This document shows positions 58,727 to 64,000 of a DNA stretch of 64,000 nucleotides, one piece after another. Origin of the DNA: Smithellaceae bacterium (GTDB taxonomy: Bacteria; Desulfobacterota; Syntrophia; Syntrophales; Smithellaceae). The translations under genes were made by a program, and so were the position numbers. The stretch is taken from assembly GCA_963667845.2 (NCBI GenBank), contig CAXXVL010000002.1:160001-224000 (forward strand), in the 5' to 3' direction. Below the pieces are notes generated by a model. The model was not told where the DNA came from, ran no database searches, and saw nothing but the letters and a program-made list of their open reading frames with translations. How positions within the stretch are numbered: the first letter of the stretch is position 1; every line of letters begins with the position of its first letter.

Positions 58727-59338
58727 ATGGGAATCAAAGAAAGAAGAAAACGGCATAAAGAGACCCTGCGGCAGGACATCCTGGATGCGGCCAGAACCCT
58801 CCTCTTCACCAGGGGTTATGCTCATTTTTCCATGAGGCGCCTTGCCGAACGCATCGAATACACGCCCACGACCATTTACCTCCACTTCAAGGACAAACGG
58901 GAAATTCTCTTTCATTTGCGCGAAGAAGTCTACGGCCTCGTGACCGATCTGCTGGAGGCGGCCGCCGCCTCGGAGAAGGACCCGGCCCGTAAAGTGAGGG
59001 CCGTCTTCCGGGCCTTTGTGGACTTCGGCCTATCCGATCCCGACCGTTACCGGCTGGCCTTCGGGGAGGATGCATCGGCGGAGCTGAAGCCCATCACTTT
59101 TCTTCAAGAAGGCACGAAGGGACTGCATGCCTATGAAACAGTCCGCAAAATGGTTCATGACATGGGCAAGAAGAAGGCTAAAGAAGCTGAAGACCTTGAT
59201 TGCCTGACCCAGGTCCTTTGGGCCAATACCCATGGACTCATCACCTTTCTCAATTATCATTCCGATTTTCCCTGGGTTGATCGCGATAAACTGATCAACC
59301 GGAGCATCGATATGACCATCAAGGGATTGGGACTCTGA
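58727..59338 (+). CDS. TetR/AcrR family regulator
   Basis: ILDAARTLL..GYAHFSMRRLAERIEYTPTTIYLHFKDK HTH; WHG-like C-terminal domain. Confidence 0.93.
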   Translation: MGIKERRKRHKETLRQDILDAARTLLFTRGYAHFSMRRLAERIEYTPTTIYLHFKDKREILFHLREEVYGLVTDLLEAAAASEKDPARKVRAVFRAFVDFGLSDPDRYRLAFGEDASAELKPITFLQEGTKGLHAYETVRKMVHDMGKKKAKEAEDLDCLTQVLWANTHGLITFLNYHSDFPWVDRDKLINRSIDMTIKGLGL

Positions 59339-59348
59339 GGTAAAGAAC

Positions 59349-60485
59349 ATGAAAGCCGCATTTTTCCGGTCACATAAATTCATCCTTTTCCCGCTCACGT
59401 TCATGGTCTTCATCTCCTGTACGGAGAGCCCCGCGCCGCAAGACGCCGCAACGCCCGTTGTGGTGAAGGTCGGCCCGGTCCATCAGGTGAAGGAACACGA
59501 AATCATTTCCGCTACGGGCTACGTTGTCTCGCCCGGCGGCTCGACGGCCCTGTCATTCATGGTCTCCGGCCGGGTGGCCACGGCGGGACCCCGCGAAGGC
59601 GACGCGGTCCGCGCGGGGCAGGCGCTCGCCTCTATTGATCCCGGCGACTATGCCCTGGCCGCCAAAGCAGCCGCTGCCCAGGCCAGGCAGGCCGAGGTCG
59701 GTTGCGAGCGGGCGCGTGACGAATATCAACGCATGAAGTTTCTCTATGAGCAAAAGAGTATCGCACCAAATGACTTTGAAAAGCTGAAGGCCGTTTACGA
59801 AGCGGCAAAAGAGCAGCTGACACAGGCCGAGACGAATGACCAGGCGGCCCGCAAACGCCTGTCCGACACGATGCTGCGGGCGCCGTTCAATGGTTACATT
59901 GCCCGCCGCGGCGTGGAAAAGGGCGACCTGGTCGCCCCCGGGCGGCCGCTCTTCGAACTCGTACGCCTCGATCCGGTGGAAATCAGCATCGGCGTTCCGG
60001 AAAAAGATGTCCGCCTGGTCGCAAGCGGCATGACAGTAACCGTCACGGCACCGGCCCTTCCGGATCAACTGTTCGAAGGTATTGTACGCAACGTCAGCAT
60101 TTCCGCGGAACCTTCCACGAGAACCTATATGACGCGGATTACCGTACCCAACCCCCGCCACCTGCTCAAGCTGGGCATGGTGGCCGAGGTCCGGATTCAG
60201 GGCAACAGGCTCGTCCAGATGCTGACCCTGCCGGGCGACGCGATCGTCCACGATCATCAGGGCGTGACCAAAGTCTTTGTCTATTATCCCGGGAAGCGGC
60301 GCGTGTACGCCAGGAGAATCGAGGTCGGCGCCTTGACAGGCAAAGAAATCGAAATCACCAAGGGTCTTGGAGCAAACGACATCGTGGTCTATGCCGGGCA
60401 GGAAAGACTGCAAGATGGAGCCGCCGTGACTTTAGCGGCTGCTGCGGAGGCAACCGGCCCGCAGCCGGCAACTAAACGGCCATGA
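59349..60485 (+). CDS. RND efflux periplasmic adaptor
   Basis: LSFMVSGRV..EGD, LRAPFNG, STRTY and LKLGM. ATGA overlap with the next gene. Confidence 0.9.
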   Translation: MKAAFFRSHKFILFPLTFMVFISCTESPAPQDAATPVVVKVGPVHQVKEHEIISATGYVVSPGGSTALSFMVSGRVATAGPREGDAVRAGQALASIDPGDYALAAKAAAAQARQAEVGCERARDEYQRMKFLYEQKSIAPNDFEKLKAVYEAAKEQLTQAETNDQAARKRLSDTMLRAPFNGYIARRGVEKGDLVAPGRPLFELVRLDPVEISIGVPEKDVRLVASGMTVTVTAPALPDQLFEGIVRNVSISAEPSTRTYMTRITVPNPRHLLKLGMVAEVRIQGNRLVQMLTLPGDAIVHDHQGVTKVFVYYPGKRRVYARRIEVGALTGKEIEITKGLGANDIVVYAGQERLQDGAAVTLAAAAEATGPQPATKRP

Positions 60486-63400
60486 AGATCTTCAAATCCA
60501 TCCTGCGCTACCCGGCAGTCACCTTTATCGTCACCACCATCGCCCTGACCGTCGGGGTTTACGCCTTTGTGACGATGCCGCGCACGGAAGACCCTTCGAT
60601 TCATATCCGGGCCGCCCTGGTGATCGCCTATTATCCGGGGGCAACATCGGAGCAGGTGGAAAAGCAGGTCACACGGGTCCTGGAAAGACAATTGTTCAAA
60701 TTTCCGGAAATCCGCAAGGACATCACCTTCTCTACCAGCCGCCCCGGCCTTTCGATCATTAATGTGGAACTGGAAGACGAGGTGACCGACGCCGACGCCT
60801 TCTGGACGAAACTGAGACACACTCTGAATGAAACCCGAGCGATCGAATTGCCTGCGGGAGTCCGCGGCCCGGTGCTCAATTCCGATTTTGGAGACACTGT
60901 GGCCATGCTCATCGCCCTCACCGGGGAACGCTACGGCTACCGCGAGTTGCACAATTACATGAACACGATCCAGGATGAACTGCGCACGGTGCGCGACGTG
61001 GGCAAGATGGCCACCTACGGCGATCAGGATGAACAGATCTGGATCACAGGGAGCCTCGACCGGGTGGCCCAGTATTTTGCCGACCCCCTCAAAGCCATTA
61101 AGGCCCTGCGAGAGCGCAATACCGTTGCTCCGTCCGGAAACATCGCCGCGGGCGATGCGAAAGTTCCTCTGCGGACAACGGGCGTCTTCACTGCGGAAGA
61201 CCAGATCAAAAACGTGCTCATCGACGTGTCGCCCAAAACCGGCCAGCCCGTCTATATTCGCGACGTGGCTGAGGTTTCGCGCCGTTATAAAGATCCGACG
61301 TTTCTGGTCCGTTTCGACGGCCAACCTTGCATCCTGCTTTCGGTGGAAATGCAGAAAGGCCGGAACGTCGTTGAGCTTGGCGACCGGATCGCCTCCGTCT
61401 TTCATCGCCTGGAGTCCAAACTGCCTCCCGACGTTAAAATCAATCTGGTTGCCGACCAGCCGAAAGTCGTCAAGGAGCGGATCAATTATCTGAGCGAAGA
61501 ATTCCTGATGGCGATCATCGCGGTGATCCTGGTGACGATGCTTCTTTTGCCCCTGCGGGTTTCCCTTATTGCCGCGCTGGCCATCCCCATTACGCTGTTT
61601 ATCAGCCTGGGTCTGATGAATGCCGCAGGCGTCCAACTCCACCAGGTGTCCATTTCGTCGCTGGTCGTGATCCTGGGCATTATCGTGGATGACGCCATTG
61701 TGATCGCCGACAACTATCTGGTCCTGCTGGAGCGGGGTACGCCCCCGGCCGACGTGCTCTGGCGTTCCGCGGGAGATGTCGTCATCCCCGTGTTCACGGC
61801 AACCGTCACCATTATCTGCGCTTTTCTGCCGCTCTTGATTCTGACGGGTTATGTCGGTGAATTCATCCATGCGCTGCCGCTCACCGTGGGCATTGCGCTT
61901 ATCGTTTCTTTCGTGGTCGCCGTCTGCGTGACGCCGCTCTTGTGCCGCATCTTCATCCGGCAAAACGGGGTTGGCGGCGATCAGGGGAGTGATCGCCGGA
62001 AACGCGTGAACCTTTTAGGAAGGCTGCAGATCCTCTATGGGAAGACCATCGTCTATTTCATGAACAAGAAAATCCTGGCTGTGGCACTGGGCCTGGCGGC
62101 CATAGCCCTGGGCGCGCTGCTCTTCCTCGCTCTGCCCCAGCAGTTCTTCCCGTCGGCGGAGCGCAATCAATTCATTATCGACGTCTGGATGAAGCAGGGC
62201 ACTCGCATTGAAGCCACCAGCGCCGTCATGAAACGCATCGAGACCGCTCTGGGCTCCCGGAAAGAAATAGCGCATGTCGCGAGTTTCGTCGGCCAGAGCG
62301 CTCCGCGTTTTTACTACAACGTGAACGTCCAGCAGCCGGACGGAGCCTACGGCCAAATGATCGTCAACACGCGATCCGTACGCGAGACGCCCCGGCTCGT
62401 CCATCAACTGCGGAGGGATCTGGCAGGGCTTGCCCCGGAGGCGCTGATCATCGTCAAAGAACTGCAGCAGGGAGCGCCGCTCAAAGCCCCGGTGGAAGTG
62501 CGCATATCCGGCGAGGATATCAATGAACTTAAACGCCTCGGCGCGGACGTGGAAGGCATCCTCCGCTCCGTTCCCTATTCGGAGTATGTGCACAATGACT
62601 ATTTCAACGATTCGTACCTGGTGGATGTCCGCGTCAACACGGAACTCGCCAATCGCCTCGGCCTGACCAACGCCTATGTGTCGAACTTCCTCGCCGGCGC
62701 GCTCGACGGTGCGCCGGTCAGCGTCTTCTGGGAGGGCGACCGGCCGCTGCCGATTCTCCTGCGCCTCGACCCCGCAAGCCGTTCGTCTTTTTCCGACATA
62801 ACCAACACGTACGTGACCTCGCCTGTCACGGGGGCCGGTGTACCGCTCAGGTCTATTGCCACTCTGACCCCCGAATGGCAGACCAGCCGCATCGTGCGGA
62901 GAAACGGCGTGCGGACGCTGACGGTTCAGGGCTATGTGAAAGAAGGTTTTTACGGCTCCGAACTTCTGAAAGCCGCCGGGCCGCGCATTGACGCCCTGCC
63001 GCTCCCCGCCGGATACCGCATTGAATACGGCGGCGAAAATGCCAACCAGGATGAAGTCTTTCCCAAAATGCTCTGGGCGCTGGCGATCAGCCTCGTCACC
63101 ATCTTTCTCGCGCTGCTTATTCAGTTTCGCTCCGTATCGGAACCGCTGATCATTATGGCCTCCATCCCGCTGGCGCTGCTCGGTGCGGCCTGCGGCCTCT
63201 GGATCACCAGGAACCCATTCGGGTTCACCGCTTTTCTGGGACTCGTCAGCCTCTGCGGGATCGTGGTCAGAAACGCCATTATCCTGGTGGACTATATCAA
63301 TGAAAAAATCGCCGAGGGGAAATCGCTTACGGAAGCGGCAACCGAAGCGGGCCAGCGCCGCCTGCGGCCGATTTTCTTAACAACCATGGCGGCCGCTGTG

Positions 63401-64000
63401 GGCGTCACCCCGATGATCATTTCCCGGTCGAGCCTCTGGAGTCCTCTGGCCAGCGTCATAGCCGTCGGTCTGATCTTTTCGATGTTTTTTACACTGCTCG
63501 TGGTGCCGGTCCTGTTTGTCCTGGTGAAGTCGCGGATTGCCAAACTGCCGTCGCTCCTTGCCGTCCTGTTCTTGATCATGGCGGCAGGCTTCATTCATCC
63601 GGGCGATTCTCTCGCGGAAACAAAACGTCTGACGCTGCCTTCCGCCGTCAATATCGCGATTCGCCAAAATACGGTGCTCAGGATTGCTGAATCCAAAGTA
63701 CGGGAGAACAACGCCAGGGTGTCTGCGGCGCGCGCCGATTATCTGCCGCGTCTTTCCAATACGAGCGTTTATTCGGGCCTGACCAACAAAAGTCTGTTTA
63801 CCGATCCCACGGGAATCAGCGAGCGGCTACCGTCCGCCTGGGTCGATGCGTTTGATGAAAGGCTTCATCTCAACAGAGATTCGCTCTTCTTATCCAGCAC
63901 GGCTCTGACGCAGCCGCTGTCACAGCTCTTGAAGGTGCACAAGGCGGATCAGATCGCCCAGGCAGACCGGGATATCGCCAAAACGGATTATACGCGGGCC
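60482..64000 (+). CDS. RND efflux permease fused in frame to a TolC-like outer-membrane factor (runs off the window)
   Basis: Manually translated; absent from the ORF track, consistent with no stop in the window. Motifs MPRTEDP, GIIVDDAIVIADN, RNAIILVD, RRLRPIFLTT. After ~63530 the frame continues ...SLA-ETKRLTLPSAVNIAIRQN...AARADYLPRLS. Confidence 0.88.
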   Translation, partial: MKIFKSILRYPAVTFIVTTIALTVGVYAFVTMPRTEDPSIHIRAALVIAYYPGATSEQVEKQVTRVLERQLFKFPEIRKDITFSTSRPGLSIINVELEDEVTDADAFWTKLRHTLNETRAIELPAGVRGPVLNSDFGDTVAMLIALTGERYGYRELHNYMNTIQDELRTVRDVGKMATYGDQDEQIWITGSLDRVAQYFADPLKAIKALRERNTVAPSGNIAAGDAKVPLRTTGVFTAEDQIKNVLIDVSPKTGQPVYIRDVAEVSRRYKDPTFLVRFDGQPCILLSVEMQKGRNVVELGDRIASVFHRLESKLPPDVKINLVADQPKVVKERINYLSEEFLMAIIAVILVTMLLLPLRVSLIAALAIPITLFISLGLMNAAGVQLHQVSISSLVVILGIIVDDAIVIADNYLVLLERGTPPADVLWRSAGDVVIPVFTATVTIICAFLPLLILTGYVGEFIHALPLTVGIALIVSFVVAVCVTPLLCRIFIRQNGVGGDQGSDRRKRVNLLGRLQILYGKTIVYFMNKKILAVALGLAAIALGALLFLALPQQFFPSAERNQFIIDVWMKQGTRIEATSAVMKRIETALGSRKEIAHVASFVGQSAPRFYYNVNVQQPDGAYGQMIVNTRSVRETPRLVHQLRRDLAGLAPEALIIVKELQQGAPLKAPVEVRISGEDINELKRLGADVEGILRSVPYSEYVHNDYFNDSYLVDVRVNTELANRLGLTNAYVSNFLAGALDGAPVSVFWEGDRPLPILLRLDPASRSSFSDITNTYVTSPVTGAGVPLRSIATLTPEWQTSRIVRRNGVRTLTVQGYVKEGFYGSELLKAAGPRIDALPLPAGYRIEYGGENANQDEVFPKMLWALAISLVTIFLALLIQFRSVSEPLIIMASIPLALLGAACGLWITRNPFGFTAFLGLVSLCGIVVRNAIILVDYINEKIAEGKSLTEAATEAGQRRLRPIFLTTMAAAVGVTPMIISRSSLWSPLASVIAVGLIFSMFFTLLVVPVLFVLVKSRIAKLPSLLAVLFLIMAAGFIHPGDSLAETKRLTLPSAVNIAIRQNTVLRIAESKVRENNARVSAARADYLPRLSNTSVYSGLTNKSLFTDPTGISERLPSAWVDAFDERLHLNRDSLFLSSTALTQPLSQLLKVHKADQIAQADRDIAKTDYTRA

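Overview
This gene-dense 64 kb window looks like an anaerobic syntroph of the Syntrophales (Smithella/Syntrophus-like); that assignment is inferred from gene content only. The left half is acyl-CoA metabolism: three acyl-CoA dehydrogenases, two thiolases, two AMP-forming acyl-CoA ligases, an ADP-forming acyl-CoA synthetase, coaD, methylmalonyl-CoA mutase, an atypical HMG-CoA-lyase-family enzyme, a stand-alone pyruvate carboxyltransferase, malic enzyme and glutaconyl-CoA decarboxylase alpha. It also holds a sigma-54 activator and three sigma-54 promoters. The right half encodes ABC systems, a HesB-like protein, STAS, a degenerate CoA-transferase-GNAT, an acyl-CoA dehydrogenase-rubredoxin fusion, MltA, HU, a truncated sensor, a nitroreductase, TMEM175, TetR and two RND efflux systems. 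No rRNA, tRNA, CRISPR array or transposase was seen. The most notable items are: (1) a shared 17-bp enhancer linking the carboxyltransferase/malic-enzyme operon to the glutaconyl-CoA decarboxylase operon, which suggests a possible glutaconyl-CoA:pyruvate transcarboxylation cycle; (2) an RND pump fused in frame to a TolC-like domain through an internal signal-peptide-like linker; (3) a CoA-transferase domain lacking its catalytic Glu, fused to GNAT next to STAS; (4) a ~180-bp thiolase fragment that forms a direct repeat around a 12-kb block; (5) a dispersed palindromic element family with five units. All calls were made by eye, without database searches.
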